Origin: a virus
IMG/VR virus record: IMGVR_UViG_3300043122_000207
Coordinates: 32,001-96,000 of that record
DNA: 64,000 nt
Reading direction: 5' to 3' (one strand)
This document shows, piece after piece, positions 8,742-19,967 of the stretch (its first letter is position 1; each line of letters begins with the position of its first letter). Position numbers and translations under genes: made by a program. The notes under the pieces were generated by a model. That model saw only the letters and a program-made list of their open reading frames with translations. It searched no databases and was not told the DNA's origin.

Positions 8742-10859
8742 ATGGCTCTAATAGAAGAAGTTTTTGCTCTTGCAGGGAATGCTATTGTTAAAAGAAAAAA
8801 ATATGCAGACTCTTTAGAAACTGTTGAAGCGACAAAACAATTTGACATTTATAAAGGTGCATATTTGTATTATGATGATTTAACACCTGTAGAGCGTCAA
8901 AAGATTATAGATGATTACGAAGAAAAAAATAACTATTACAGGTTATTAAATGGGTACCCTCCACTTAATGAAGAGGGTATAAAAGTACCACCAGAAACTG
9001 ATTTGGTGGGTATTGATAATAATATGTATTTACATGATATGAATGATGCTGATTTAGATATTATTATAAGGGTTGGTTTATTAGATGAACTTATTGAAAA
9101 ATACCCTGATAAAACATATCTTAAATCACTTAAAAAAAGAATACCATTTATAGAATCCCGTTCAGCTGATAAGTTTTCTTTACTTGGTATCTTCGATGTA
9201 GAGGATATGAATATAGATCCTAACATCAAAAATACATTCATGAATACATATGAAAAAAATAGACACTATTTTATGAGGACCAATTTTAACCCGTACTATT
9301 TTGAAAACTACGATTATTATGAAATCATGATGATTTTATATCTTTTATTTTCTACAGTAATTTCTACAATAGATGAATTAAACGAAGAGATGATAGATAT
9401 TAATATGCTAGATGAGGTGGATATGAATAATCTCCTAAACGAATATGGTGTACCAAACTGGGGTCTACCTTTATCTATTAAAAAGAATTTAGTTAAGATT
9501 ATAAATACTTTGGTTATGAATAAAGGTTCAAAGCAGACTATTATAGATATTGCAAAGTTATTTGATTTAGATAATATTTATAGATACTATCTGCATAAAA
9601 AGTTAATAAACTATAACTTTGATGAAACCACTCCTGCTAATGAGAAATACCAGCTTGAGTTTATAAGGGTACCTTTTGGTCAAAAAAATGTTTATGAGTG
9701 TATGCAAAATAGAGATAATATAAGAGACTTTGAAGAGTTTGTTTATGATGATCCAAAATGGGGGGATAGAAATACAGGTGATCTCCTTGAGGATGAACTA
9801 TTAGAAACTGACTTTTCTTTTATGTCTACAAAGTACATGTCAATTGAGAATATGATAGAGCTTACTAAATTAACTTTTGAGAACTCTTTATTTTTTCAAG
9901 GTTTTTTTGATTCAGATCATATATCAAAATACCTTTATATAAGACATGATAGAATAGATGCAGAGGTTTCTTTATTTGAACTATTAGTTTATGAAACTGC
10001 TTTAAGTATTCTGCGTTTAGGTTATGATGATTTAATTCCTTATAACAGTGAAAAGGTATCTTATGTTATAGGTTTAAATGATGAAGCTGACCTATATCAT
10101 CTTGAACATGATTTCCGTGTTGCTTTAGCTAATACAGAAGATCAGGAACTTTTAACCATTTATAAAGAAATGGGTGAGGGTAAATCAATCTATGAGGTTA
10201 TGGATGATTATGCTGAAGATGTAGACATTATAAAAAAGATAAGAGATGTAATGCGAGATTGTGAGGATATAGAAACTTATAAGTTGCTTAAAAAGGTTCA
10301 CGATACAATGACAATAGTAGACACCAATAAAAAAGTATATGGTGATGTTGATAGATACTCTGAATATTTAGCAGATAATAATGATATACTTTATGCTAAA
10401 TACCATGAGCTTAAATTTAATAATGATAAAGAAAAGATTCAAGAGGAGATGCGTTATGTGTTTGAGCTTTTAAAAAAGGAATTGGAACATATATCTCCAG
10501 CTAACTTAAAACACTTTGAATTTTTAGATGATCATATAAATGAAGAATTGGATGATTTAAAGGGATACTTATTTAAAGTAATAGAATTTTTTAAATCACA
10601 CACTAATGAATTAAAGGATTATTCTGTTCTTTATAAAATAGATGATCCTTTTAATAGATTGCAAATTTTAGAGGATTTAACTATCAGTGAAGAATTCTAC
10701 GATTGGGAAAAGGTTGAATATTTCCTATATGGTGGAATGAGTAAGATAGAAGAATTAAATAATAAACTTGGAATGTATAAAGATAAACATGAGATAAAAG
10801 AAGTATTAATAGATAAAGATTTATATAATGAAAAAGGAGGATTCATACACTATGATTAA
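8742..10859 (+). CDS. Virion structural protein, probable baseplate wedge
   Basis: 705 aa, first gene of a tail operon; YEEKNNYYRLLNGYP-type segment recalled from PBS1-like phage baseplate proteins. Confidence 0.55.
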   Translation: MALIEEVFALAGNAIVKRKKYADSLETVEATKQFDIYKGAYLYYDDLTPVERQKIIDDYEEKNNYYRLLNGYPPLNEEGIKVPPETDLVGIDNNMYLHDMNDADLDIIIRVGLLDELIEKYPDKTYLKSLKKRIPFIESRSADKFSLLGIFDVEDMNIDPNIKNTFMNTYEKNRHYFMRTNFNPYYFENYDYYEIMMILYLLFSTVISTIDELNEEMIDINMLDEVDMNNLLNEYGVPNWGLPLSIKKNLVKIINTLVMNKGSKQTIIDIAKLFDLDNIYRYYLHKKLINYNFDETTPANEKYQLEFIRVPFGQKNVYECMQNRDNIRDFEEFVYDDPKWGDRNTGDLLEDELLETDFSFMSTKYMSIENMIELTKLTFENSLFFQGFFDSDHISKYLYIRHDRIDAEVSLFELLVYETALSILRLGYDDLIPYNSEKVSYVIGLNDEADLYHLEHDFRVALANTEDQELLTIYKEMGEGKSIYEVMDDYAEDVDIIKKIRDVMRDCEDIETYKLLKKVHDTMTIVDTNKKVYGDVDRYSEYLADNNDILYAKYHELKFNNDKEKIQEEMRYVFELLKKELEHISPANLKHFEFLDDHINEELDDLKGYLFKVIEFFKSHTNELKDYSVLYKIDDPFNRLQILEDLTISEEFYDWEKVEYFLYGGMSKIEELNNKLGMYKDKHEIKEVLIDKDLYNEKGGFIHYD

Positions 10860-11664
10860 GCTTAACGATAGAGTTGATATAAAAGATGGATTTAATAAAA
10901 AGTTTGCCCGTGGAGTATGTTACGAGAAAAATAAAACTCTAAATGGTAATACTTTATTTAATAAATTAGGTGAAAATAAAATCACCTTAGGTCTAGCTCA
11001 GGAAATAGTCGCCTGGTGGACTAATACAGAACCATTTAATGATATTCAAAAATTAGATGAAGAGGCTGCTTTAAATCTTTTGCCAGTAGATACCATTGTA
11101 GATGAAAACCCACAGCTTATTGGGTTTACTCTCTCAATAGACGGTGGAGATGAGAATGTGACTTTACCTGTTAAAAAATATTCCAAAGGTTATTCACTAG
11201 ATGGACTATTACCTTTTAGAATGCTCACAACAGATATAGAAGATACTATGGATATCAATGATAAATACGGTGTGCGTCATACTGATGGTAGTGGTAACAT
11301 TTATTATTATATGAAATACTTTGATAAAATTACAATAAGAAATATTACTGAAGATAATAACCCTGTACCAGATTATCCAGATATTAATTTAAGTGAGGAT
11401 ATGCAGGTTTATGCTATTATTGATTTAGAACTTACCATTGAAAAAGAAGATTTAGCAGAATACTTTGCTCTAACTCAGGGTGGAGTAAACTTTAGAAGAT
11501 ATAATGGTATAACACTTTTTAGAGGTTATCCAGTAGAATGTACTAAGTTTGGAAATCCAATAACAGACTATAGAGGCCTTCTTGCAACTAATAGAATGAA
11601 TATCAAACAGCGTGATTTAGCTGAAGAAGGTAAACAGGAATTACTCTATAGAATCTATGTTTAG
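10852..11664 (+). CDS. Probable baseplate or fibre-attachment protein
   Basis: RBS AAGGAGG before the ATG at 10852; position between wedge and fibre genes. Confidence 0.5.
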   Translation: MIKLNDRVDIKDGFNKKFARGVCYEKNKTLNGNTLFNKLGENKITLGLAQEIVAWWTNTEPFNDIQKLDEEAALNLLPVDTIVDENPQLIGFTLSIDGGDENVTLPVKKYSKGYSLDGLLPFRMLTTDIEDTMDINDKYGVRHTDGSGNIYYYMKYFDKITIRNITEDNNPVPDYPDINLSEDMQVYAIIDLELTIEKEDLAEYFALTQGGVNFRRYNGITLFRGYPVECTKFGNPITDYRGLLATNRMNIKQRDLAEEGKQELLYRIYV

Positions 11665-11678
11665 GGGGTATAAACTAA

Positions 11679-13511
11679 ATGCCAACTATAAAAATTAATA
11701 ATGAAACTTTAGAATATAATAATATAATTTATGTAGATGCAGTAAATGGTGATGATACAAATGGTGATGGTAGCGAAGGTAATCCTTATGCTAGTATACC
11801 GTATGTGGTGGATAATACCATAACTAACGGTGACGCCATAGTTTTATTGTCTGATATTTTGGTAGAAGATTACCAAACATCCAAATTTTTTGACATCATC
11901 GGTAACCAACATGAATTGCACTTGAATTACCCAACCACTGGATCTATTATGCTCTTTACCAATAACAACACAGTTTCGAATTTTTATAATACAAAATTAA
12001 AGATGACCGGTGCGGCTTGGTCCTATTTCGGTAGAGAAACCAATGTAAATATGTATTTCATAAACTGTGTTCTACACATACCAAATTCATCCCCTGAGCA
12101 ACCATTTGCAGAATATAATTCTTCATGCCAATATCATTTTGAAAACTGCTCATTTGATTTTTATGATTTGTATGGAAGTATTCTTGTTAAAGCGAGTATA
12201 AAAGACTTCATTAATTCGTCATCAAATTTAGTGTCTGGTGAAACACAATTGGAAGGTGTTACATATGATTCTGATTATAATATAACATCAGATGGTTGGG
12301 AAAATACAGGTACTGGATTAAACCCTGATGGTACTCAGGCTCATATTGGTGTTTATGGTGGACCATATGGTTGGGGTGAATGGTCCAATATGAGATTAGT
12401 TAACTTATTATTTGATCCTTTATACCCATTTAAAAATAAAGATACTAATATTAATTTAACTGGTAATATTAAAGAAAAAGATGGATTAAATGAAAGTATA
12501 AGATACAGAATAACTTTAAACGGTGAACAGTTGTATCCAGAGTCTCCATACCCATATTCGATAAGTGAACCAAGTACAGAAGATTATATGTCTACTGCAA
12601 CAGGATATGAAACACCAGAAGGTACTATAAGTGCTAGTAGTGAATATAGTGTAGATTATACGGCATGGGAGGCTTTTAACGATACTCTAATTGATGGTAT
12701 TGATGCGTGGTCTTCAGATGGTGCTTCTGGGTATTTACAAGTGGAACTAAATGACCCGGTGGTAATTAAAGGATACAGTGTATCTGCCAGAAACTATTCG
12801 GATATTATTGCTGCACCAACCGATTGGACATTCGAGGGTTCTGTAAACGGTATTGACTGGGTTGTGTTGGACACACAGTATAATATAAACTCTTGGTTTC
12901 CATCCGAAAAGAAAGAATTTATGATATCAAATAATAACCTATATTACTATTATAGGATATATGTGACAGCAAACACAGACAATACATCTTGGACATCGAT
13001 TGGCGAAATGGAGTTGTTTGGGCCGGGTGAAAAGAAGAAGGGTTACACAGAACTTAAAACCACACCATTTAATATAGATTTAAATTTAGACACAAATAAA
13101 TTTAATGTTGGTAGTAATAATTTAATTATAGAAACCTTAGATGAAAACGACAATATTTTCGAATTATTAAATACCACAATAACCAAAGAAGATAGAGATA
13201 CATTTACCATGAATCATAATTTAAATTATGATGGTTCACCAATACTTACTGGTGATACTGTAATAGACAATTATAAGGGTTTAACACTTTCCAATACAGG
13301 TAAAGGTTCTGCTGTAATTGAAATCCCAACAGAAGGTAAAGCCAGGTTACAAGATGTTTTAGGTATATCTGATATTGTTGAAAGTGAATCTAAAACAGAA
13401 GTTAATGATATGGTTGACCAAGGTTCACTTGATACCGGTACAGTTTATGAGAAAGAAGTGAACACTGATTTAGATATTACCGATTTAAATATAAATGTTA
13501 AATCAACTTAA
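11679..13511 (+). CDS. Tail fibre / receptor-binding protein (DUF1565-like start plus F5/8 type C discoidin domain)
   Basis: IYVDAVNGDDTNGDGSEGNPYASI; ASSEY..AWEAFN...YLQVEL...PTDWTFEGS.NG.DW.VLD...YYRIYVT...IGEMELFG. Confidence 0.75.
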   Translation: MPTIKINNETLEYNNIIYVDAVNGDDTNGDGSEGNPYASIPYVVDNTITNGDAIVLLSDILVEDYQTSKFFDIIGNQHELHLNYPTTGSIMLFTNNNTVSNFYNTKLKMTGAAWSYFGRETNVNMYFINCVLHIPNSSPEQPFAEYNSSCQYHFENCSFDFYDLYGSILVKASIKDFINSSSNLVSGETQLEGVTYDSDYNITSDGWENTGTGLNPDGTQAHIGVYGGPYGWGEWSNMRLVNLLFDPLYPFKNKDTNINLTGNIKEKDGLNESIRYRITLNGEQLYPESPYPYSISEPSTEDYMSTATGYETPEGTISASSEYSVDYTAWEAFNDTLIDGIDAWSSDGASGYLQVELNDPVVIKGYSVSARNYSDIIAAPTDWTFEGSVNGIDWVVLDTQYNINSWFPSEKKEFMISNNNLYYYYRIYVTANTDNTSWTSIGEMELFGPGEKKKGYTELKTTPFNIDLNLDTNKFNVGSNNLIIETLDENDNIFELLNTTITKEDRDTFTMNHNLNYDGSPILTGDTVIDNYKGLTLSNTGKGSAVIEIPTEGKARLQDVLGISDIVESESKTEVNDMVDQGSLDTGTVYEKEVNTDLDITDLNINVKST

Positions 13512-13527
13512 AAGAGGTGAAATATAA

Positions 13528-15090
13528 ATGGCATTAACAATGAATGATGTCGTTAGTGCTGGTATGAATGGTGGGGTGTTTATTTCTGATATCACCCCAC
13601 TTAATACTGACGACAATATAGGTAATAAAATTTTTTCAATGGATGGTAAAGTCCTAGATTCCTGTATAACCGATACGCTTAATTTAAAGGTGCATGTTAC
13701 AGCTTTTACAGGTAATTCAAATTACACACCCAAAATTAAAGTTAAAGGTACTGAAGTAACCAGCCTAAATGAAATAGATAATAATGGTATATTTACAGGT
13801 ACCATTAATATAACCATTACAGAAATAGATGAAAGAATAACTGCACTACATGAAGATGGTGCTAAAGATTTTGTAGAAATTGAATATGTACCAAAACCTG
13901 AAATTATAGAAGCTTATTTTACTGGTGGTTATCCAGGTGGTCAAACAGAACTTAAAGAAAACGATACATTTGATATCTTTATAAAAGCAAATACTGAAGT
14001 AGTTGAATTAGAAATAGCAGATGAATCAGCTTTTAAAGGCTTAGTAACTTCAGGTGTTAGTGGTAGTGAGAATACAGTAACTAACTTTATAGCTGACCGT
14101 GGTAATACAGCTGTGGCTCGATATGCTAAGGTAAGAATTAAAGATTCAAATGGTTCTTATTCAGAATGGTTTTTTACTAATTCATTAGGAACTAATGACG
14201 GTGAACACACTGTTATTTTAAATAACATAAGACCAACACTTTCTATTGGTTCTATAACTTATCCAGTTGACCAAGAAGCTATTAAAAATAATGAATCAGC
14301 AACGGTTAATATAGCAGCTAATAACTACAGTGAATTTTTGATGGAACCTATTAATGGAGAACTTGATATTATAGATCCAAATATTTATTCTACTACTAAA
14401 GAAGTTAAAAGATTATCTGGTGATTATAATATAGATACCAATAATTTCAAAATAACTTTAAATAGAATTCAAAATGATTCTTCTATCGCAAAAGAAGGTT
14501 TAGTTAAAATAGTGAATGTTCCAGCAGAGATTACAATTTCTGAACAGAATGAAAACTTAAAAAGCTCACCTACTGGTAATAATAACTTGATTAATTTAAA
14601 TTCCAATCAAGAGTTAATAGAACCACCAACACTACAAGCTGAAGTTGGTACCTGGGTGGAATTAGCTTTCCAGGGTGGACCATATGATTGGACTAGAAAC
14701 CTATCAATAGATGATTCTATTACAAAGGGAACATATAACTGGTCTAATCTATTAGCAAAAGGTTTAAGTGGTATTATAACATCTACAATAACTGGTGAGA
14801 GTGAATATACACTAGCAGGATTTAAAGAAAGAGAATTATCTTTTCCACCATTTACAAGAAAAGTAGATATAGGCACTAATGTTGTAGATCCATATAGTTT
14901 AATTTGTACTGATATGAGTGGAGAGGAATTTAGTTATCAATCAAGTAAATTAAATTCCAGCTGGGGTTTTACTATAGTAGATAGTGATGGGACACCAAAC
15001 CCTAATGGGAAATATATTTATATCACAGACGATAATTGGGTTTATAAAAACTCAGAAGGTTTAGCATATGTTACAATAAAAGAAATATAA
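13528..15090 (+). CDS. Beta-rich tail/fibre structural protein
   Basis: Thr/Asn/Ile-rich, Ig-like strand pattern; lies in the fibre cluster. Confidence 0.5.
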   Translation: MALTMNDVVSAGMNGGVFISDITPLNTDDNIGNKIFSMDGKVLDSCITDTLNLKVHVTAFTGNSNYTPKIKVKGTEVTSLNEIDNNGIFTGTINITITEIDERITALHEDGAKDFVEIEYVPKPEIIEAYFTGGYPGGQTELKENDTFDIFIKANTEVVELEIADESAFKGLVTSGVSGSENTVTNFIADRGNTAVARYAKVRIKDSNGSYSEWFFTNSLGTNDGEHTVILNNIRPTLSIGSITYPVDQEAIKNNESATVNIAANNYSEFLMEPINGELDIIDPNIYSTTKEVKRLSGDYNIDTNNFKITLNRIQNDSSIAKEGLVKIVNVPAEITISEQNENLKSSPTGNNNLINLNSNQELIEPPTLQAEVGTWVELAFQGGPYDWTRNLSIDDSITKGTYNWSNLLAKGLSGIITSTITGESEYTLAGFKERELSFPPFTRKVDIGTNVVDPYSLICTDMSGEEFSYQSSKLNSSWGFTIVDSDGTPNPNGKYIYITDDNWVYKNSEGLAYVTIKEI

Positions 15091-15104
15091 AGGTGGTGAT
15101 TTAA

Positions 15105-16187
15105 ATGGCTAACGGTAATTTTGCGGGAGGAACAGGTGTAGAAAATGACCCGTATCTGATTGAGGATGCTGACGATTTAAACGCGATAAGAGAAGATCTT
15201 TCTTCACATTATAAGATGGTTTCCGATATTGATTTAAATATAGAACCTTACAATATAGACCCGGGTTGGGAACCAATCGGTACTGTAACTGATCCATTTG
15301 TCGGGAGTTTGGATGGTGGTTGGAAAAAGATTAAGAATTTATACATCAACAGAAATGACACCATTCAGAGTTTTATCTCGAGTATAGATTATGGCGGCAA
15401 TATAAAAAACTTGGGTTTAGAAAATATTCGTATTGAATGTACAGGTTTTTCCAGCGGCATTGCTTATTATTTAAAAGATGGTTTAATTGAAAATTGTTAT
15501 GTGACGGGTGTCATAATGAATTCAAGTTCAAACACTTATAATCAAGTGAGATGTGGTGGCATGGTATCTTATATGATGAACAATGGGGGTCATATAAAAA
15601 ATTGTTGGGCCAATGTCAATGTGGATGGACCTGGGGAAATCATAGGTGGTTTAGTTGGTGATTTAACATACGGGATTGTGGAAAATTGTTATTCTTATGG
15701 TGTAGTCACATCAGACACATCTGTTGATGTGGGTGGGTTGATTGGAAAAAAAGGTAATGACGGAACATCCACCGGATGTTTTTGGGATAAGGAGGTGTCC
15801 GGTATAGAAGTTTCATCTTCTGGTACTGGGTTGACCACATTAGAAATGAAGACACCACAAGTGTTCATCGATGCTGGGTGGGATCAAGAAGTTTGGTTAT
15901 TAAAAAATAGTGAATACCCCCATATTACCTCTCATTATCTTGTGGTCGGGTCACTTTTAGAATCTGAAGGTATTTTGTATATTTTTAAAAATAATCGATT
16001 TATCGAAACTAATGATTTTCAAAACGAAGGGATGTCATATTTATCCCCAATACTAACACCAGATAATCTAATTAAATACGGTATGGACTATAATATTGAC
16101 GATAATGGTGGTAAAATATTCAAAAAAGAAATAAATAAAGATTTATTAAAATCTATTAAATCAGGTAAATTTTCTTTTAATTTATAA
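15105..16187 (+). CDS. GLUG-repeat beta-helix protein (putative receptor-binding)
   Basis: FAGGTG..NDPYLI, WEPIG...F.GSLDG, IGGLVG/VGGLIG repeats, GLTTLEMK...GWD.EVW...YP. Confidence 0.8.
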   Translation: MANGNFAGGTGVENDPYLIEDADDLNAIREDLSSHYKMVSDIDLNIEPYNIDPGWEPIGTVTDPFVGSLDGGWKKIKNLYINRNDTIQSFISSIDYGGNIKNLGLENIRIECTGFSSGIAYYLKDGLIENCYVTGVIMNSSSNTYNQVRCGGMVSYMMNNGGHIKNCWANVNVDGPGEIIGGLVGDLTYGIVENCYSYGVVTSDTSVDVGGLIGKKGNDGTSTGCFWDKEVSGIEVSSSGTGLTTLEMKTPQVFIDAGWDQEVWLLKNSEYPHITSHYLVVGSLLESEGILYIFKNNRFIETNDFQNEGMSYLSPILTPDNLIKYGMDYNIDDNGGKIFKKEINKDLLKSIKSGKFSFNL

Positions 16188-16212
16188 ATGAAAGAGAGGT
16201 GTATTTATTAAT

Positions 16213-17172
16213 ATGCCAAACACATTTGATGAAAAAGTAATGCAGTCTTATGGGCTTACAACCTCCCCAGAGACTGCAAGACGTTATATGAGAAATTATT
16301 TTAATACTTATAATAGAGTAATGGTTGATTTATTTCCGGCATTTGAATTTAGTTATGTTTTTATAACAAGACCTGAGTTAAATCTTTTCGGTCAATCAGC
16401 CAATAAATCAATTGATTTACCTACTATGGTGAATCACGATAGAGAATTATCAAAGTGGCTTGATTATAAAGCTGATAAACAAAAGGGTTCTTTTCTAACA
16501 CCAATGATTAACCATTTAACTGAGATGTCTGTATCTGATGTTGAGTTTCAATCTAAGACTTCACCTGCTAATGCACACAACATAAGAATAAACTATCCTA
16601 CAAATTATGAAGAGTCTCTAGCTGGTGTACCTGTTAACTTAACATTCCAGGATAATAAGTCTGCTGATATATTGAAACTTTTGAATATCTGGACAACTTA
16701 TATGTCAGAGGTTTCACTTGGTAGAATAGAACCAAGAGCTGAGGATATATTAAAAAATAAATTTGAATCTTCGGTTTCCATTTATCAATTCGTTACAGGT
16801 GAAGATGGCGAAACCATTAAATTCTGGGCAAAGTGGATTGGTTGCTATCCAAACAATTTACCCTTCTCATCTTTTGAGCATAAAAAAATAAGAAAAGAAT
16901 TACAACCTATGTCGGTTTCTTTTTATGCACCTTTTGTAAAGATGATGAGGCCGTCTATATTGGCAGAGTTTAATAAATTAGGAAATCACTCTGTTGTGAA
17001 AAATTTAGATTCTGGGTGGAAAAAATCCAATCCAAAAGATAGGGATATAAATAATTATTTTATGGATACTGTTGCGGTGGTAAAAGAAAACGGTGATTAT
17101 AAATTAAAGTTTTCCAATACAAATAATGATCCAGTTACAATGGCTGCAGGGCCAAACACCACATTGGGATAA
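16213..17172 (+). CDS. Tail-tube-fold baseplate protein
   Basis: YVFITRPELNL start and IKFWAKWIGCYP strand typical of tube-fold proteins; operon context. Confidence 0.55.
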   Translation: MPNTFDEKVMQSYGLTTSPETARRYMRNYFNTYNRVMVDLFPAFEFSYVFITRPELNLFGQSANKSIDLPTMVNHDRELSKWLDYKADKQKGSFLTPMINHLTEMSVSDVEFQSKTSPANAHNIRINYPTNYEESLAGVPVNLTFQDNKSADILKLLNIWTTYMSEVSLGRIEPRAEDILKNKFESSVSIYQFVTGEDGETIKFWAKWIGCYPNNLPFSSFEHKKIRKELQPMSVSFYAPFVKMMRPSILAEFNKLGNHSVVKNLDSGWKKSNPKDRDINNYFMDTVAVVKENGDYKLKFSNTNNDPVTMAAGPNTTLG

Positions 17173-17188
17173 GAAAGGAGGTAGAAAT

Positions 17189-19897
17189 TTGAAAGATTAT
17201 ACAATACCAGAGCTTATAGAAAAAGCTGTAGGTGAAATGACAGATAGACACGAAATAGAAGATGATGAATTTCAACTTATGAGTACAAACGGTATGTTAC
17301 TTGATGGGTTAATTGAGGTTGCAGAAAACAGTTTATACAAGATAAATTCTGCTAAAAGAGAAAGATTTTTCGTTACAGCCGAACAAGAAGATTCTCTTCT
17401 AAAACACGGTAGACGTTTTGAGATTGACCCTGATCGAGCGGTACCAGCTAAGATGGATGTAATGCTTATAGTTAGATTAAAAGATGTTATAGATAATGCT
17501 GAACTTGATAGCAATAATATCTATAGGTATACAATCAATAAAGATTCTGAAATAACTATTGGTGAACATTACTTTAACTTAGATTATGATATCAATATTA
17601 GTATTTTTGATTTAAAATCAACATGGGGTGTAACCTCTGCTTATAATATAGATAACACAAATGATTTCAGTGATTTAGAAAACCCCAATATTAAAACTAT
17701 CCGTTTTAAACAAAATGGGGAAGATTATATCGGTATGATTTTAACTATAAGACAATTTAAAAGAGTTACTGAAGAATACACATATATTAGTAATGTAGAT
17801 ACCAGATCTTTTAAAGTACCATACAGTGATCAGCTTTTAGATTTTAATGTATATTATAAAGAAGAAGGAAAAGATTTAGAAAAGATAAATAAAACTATGT
17901 TTTTAGAAGATAGTGGTGAAGTACAAAAAAATATCTTCTATAGACATTTAGATAATAAAGAATTTTTAGTAATGAATAAATACGAATTAGGACACTTCTA
18001 CCCTGAAAGAGGTTCTATCTTTAATATAGAAAAATTTGTGACAAAAGGTAGTGAAGGTAACTTTACATATGAGGGTGGTGACACTAAACTCATAAACTCT
18101 AATGATGATAATTTAGTAGTTAATGTTCATGTATTATCTTCTGCTATTAATGGTAGTGATAAACTCGGGGTAGATGGCATAAGAAGAACACTTGTGGATA
18201 AAAATATAACAAGAGGTTCACTTGTATCGACTAATGATATAGCAAGAACCCTATCTAACTATGATGATAGATATAAGATTATTAAATTTAGAGATGATGT
18301 TGCTTATAGAATTTATAATATCTTCGGTGTTATGAGTGATGATGAAGATAATATAGTACCCACAAATACTTTGGATGTAGATGTTAACTTAACTAACTTT
18401 ATAGAAGAAGATGGAGAATATATGCTTCCTGAAGAACATATAATTTCAGCTGATGGGTATAAGGGTATATTAGAGGACACACCAGATGAAAGACATAAAT
18501 ACATCTATCCTTTTAATATGACATATGATATGAGTGATAACTTTATTACGGTCTTTAGAAAATATATCGATGAATCATATAGAACTGATTACGATTTTAT
18601 TAATTCATTAATACCTGTAACATATATGGTAAATAATATCGACTTTGAAAAAAGATTAAATAAAGATTATAAAATAAAGTTTGAACTAAGAACCAATACA
18701 GCTGAACCTGTGGATTTCTTACACGAGGTTTTAACTAGTGATACACAAACATTTACACCTTCTACTTTAGATACACCACTTAACATAAATAAAGATATTT
18801 TAGATGATGATTCAGCCAGTTTGGATTCAGGTACTGAAGGTACAGATTTTATTATAGATTATGAAAATAATACTATTGAATTCCCTACTGGTACAACTTT
18901 AACAGTTGATGGTTCTACTAGCTATATATTGACATATAATCACGAAGATATAATTGTTGATAAAGACCATATAAGGTGTGCTATGATTGTAAAAAATAAT
19001 GGTATACCAAAAGGTTATTTGGATATGGAAATGGTTAATTATACAGAAGAAGGGGATTTCTATAGTTATGAAAAGGTATTAAACTTTAATTCTATTTTAA
19101 GAGCTGATGGTACAGCAAATATAGATTTAAAAGATATCAATACACATAATGTTATGAGTCAGGATATAAATATAACCGATTGTGAATTCGAACTTTATAT
19201 AATGTCTAAAGACAATATAGTCGATATGAAAGATCCTTTAATAACTATGACAGATTATTCAACTTCAAATATCTTTTCTTTTGATGCACCTATATATGAG
19301 GATATAACATATCTTAACTATCTACAAATAATAAATAACACGCCAGATGAATTGACCTTAAGATTTGTCCCACTATTGGGATACGACTACTTTATGGAAT
19401 TTAATGAAAAAGCAAACCAGATAGTAAACCGTAATGTTCGTAACTTAGAAACCTTATTTGGTTTAATGAAAGATGACTTTGAATATACTTTACTTTTCGT
19501 TAATACATTTGGTAAATCTAGAATTCATAAGATTGGTCTTGATTATATTGATTTAGATAGAACAGATTTAGCCATGTCATTTAGAATGGGAATTAAAAAC
19601 GGTATGACTGTGGAAAAAGACACTATCCGTGATTATATCTGTGATTACTTTGAATCTATCGATTTTCTTGATAATCAAAATTTCCACATCTCAAGATTAC
19701 TAAAAGAATTAAAAACTAACTATACAGAAATAGATTTCGTTGAGTTTTTAGGTGTTAATGGATACAATAATGACCATCAATTAATCTCTTCTAATGATGA
19801 AGATCTTAAAAATGATAGTGTCCCTGAATACTTAAATATTTATAGAAAAATCGTCAACAAAGAATTAGTACCAGACATTGATATTTTATATGTATAA
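17189..19897 (+). CDS. Baseplate wedge protein (T4 gp6/BpJ-like)
   Basis: TTG start at 17189 after AAGGAGG; SAKRERFFVTAEQEDSLLKH and RGSLVSTNDI segments. Confidence 0.6.
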   Translation: MKDYTIPELIEKAVGEMTDRHEIEDDEFQLMSTNGMLLDGLIEVAENSLYKINSAKRERFFVTAEQEDSLLKHGRRFEIDPDRAVPAKMDVMLIVRLKDVIDNAELDSNNIYRYTINKDSEITIGEHYFNLDYDINISIFDLKSTWGVTSAYNIDNTNDFSDLENPNIKTIRFKQNGEDYIGMILTIRQFKRVTEEYTYISNVDTRSFKVPYSDQLLDFNVYYKEEGKDLEKINKTMFLEDSGEVQKNIFYRHLDNKEFLVMNKYELGHFYPERGSIFNIEKFVTKGSEGNFTYEGGDTKLINSNDDNLVVNVHVLSSAINGSDKLGVDGIRRTLVDKNITRGSLVSTNDIARTLSNYDDRYKIIKFRDDVAYRIYNIFGVMSDDEDNIVPTNTLDVDVNLTNFIEEDGEYMLPEEHIISADGYKGILEDTPDERHKYIYPFNMTYDMSDNFITVFRKYIDESYRTDYDFINSLIPVTYMVNNIDFEKRLNKDYKIKFELRTNTAEPVDFLHEVLTSDTQTFTPSTLDTPLNINKDILDDDSASLDSGTEGTDFIIDYENNTIEFPTGTTLTVDGSTSYILTYNHEDIIVDKDHIRCAMIVKNNGIPKGYLDMEMVNYTEEGDFYSYEKVLNFNSILRADGTANIDLKDINTHNVMSQDINITDCEFELYIMSKDNIVDMKDPLITMTDYSTSNIFSFDAPIYEDITYLNYLQIINNTPDELTLRFVPLLGYDYFMEFNEKANQIVNRNVRNLETLFGLMKDDFEYTLLFVNTFGKSRIHKIGLDYIDLDRTDLAMSFRMGIKNGMTVEKDTIRDYICDYFESIDFLDNQNFHISRLLKELKTNYTEIDFVEFLGVNGYNNDHQLISSNDEDLKNDSVPEYLNIYRKIVNKELVPDIDILYV

Positions 19898-19903
19898 TTA
19901 AGG

Positions 19904-19916
19904 TTATATATTATAA
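19904..19916 (+). promoter_or_regulatory. Early promoter motif
   Basis: TTATATATTATAA. Confidence 0.7.
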
Positions 19917-19967
19917 TAGAGAATATCAAATAAAATATTTTAAAATCAAAAAGGAGATGATTGAAAA

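Noticed and set aside
11679-16187. Diversity-generating retroelement target in the fibre genes
   Set aside because: No reverse transcriptase and no template/variable repeat pair seen in this window.
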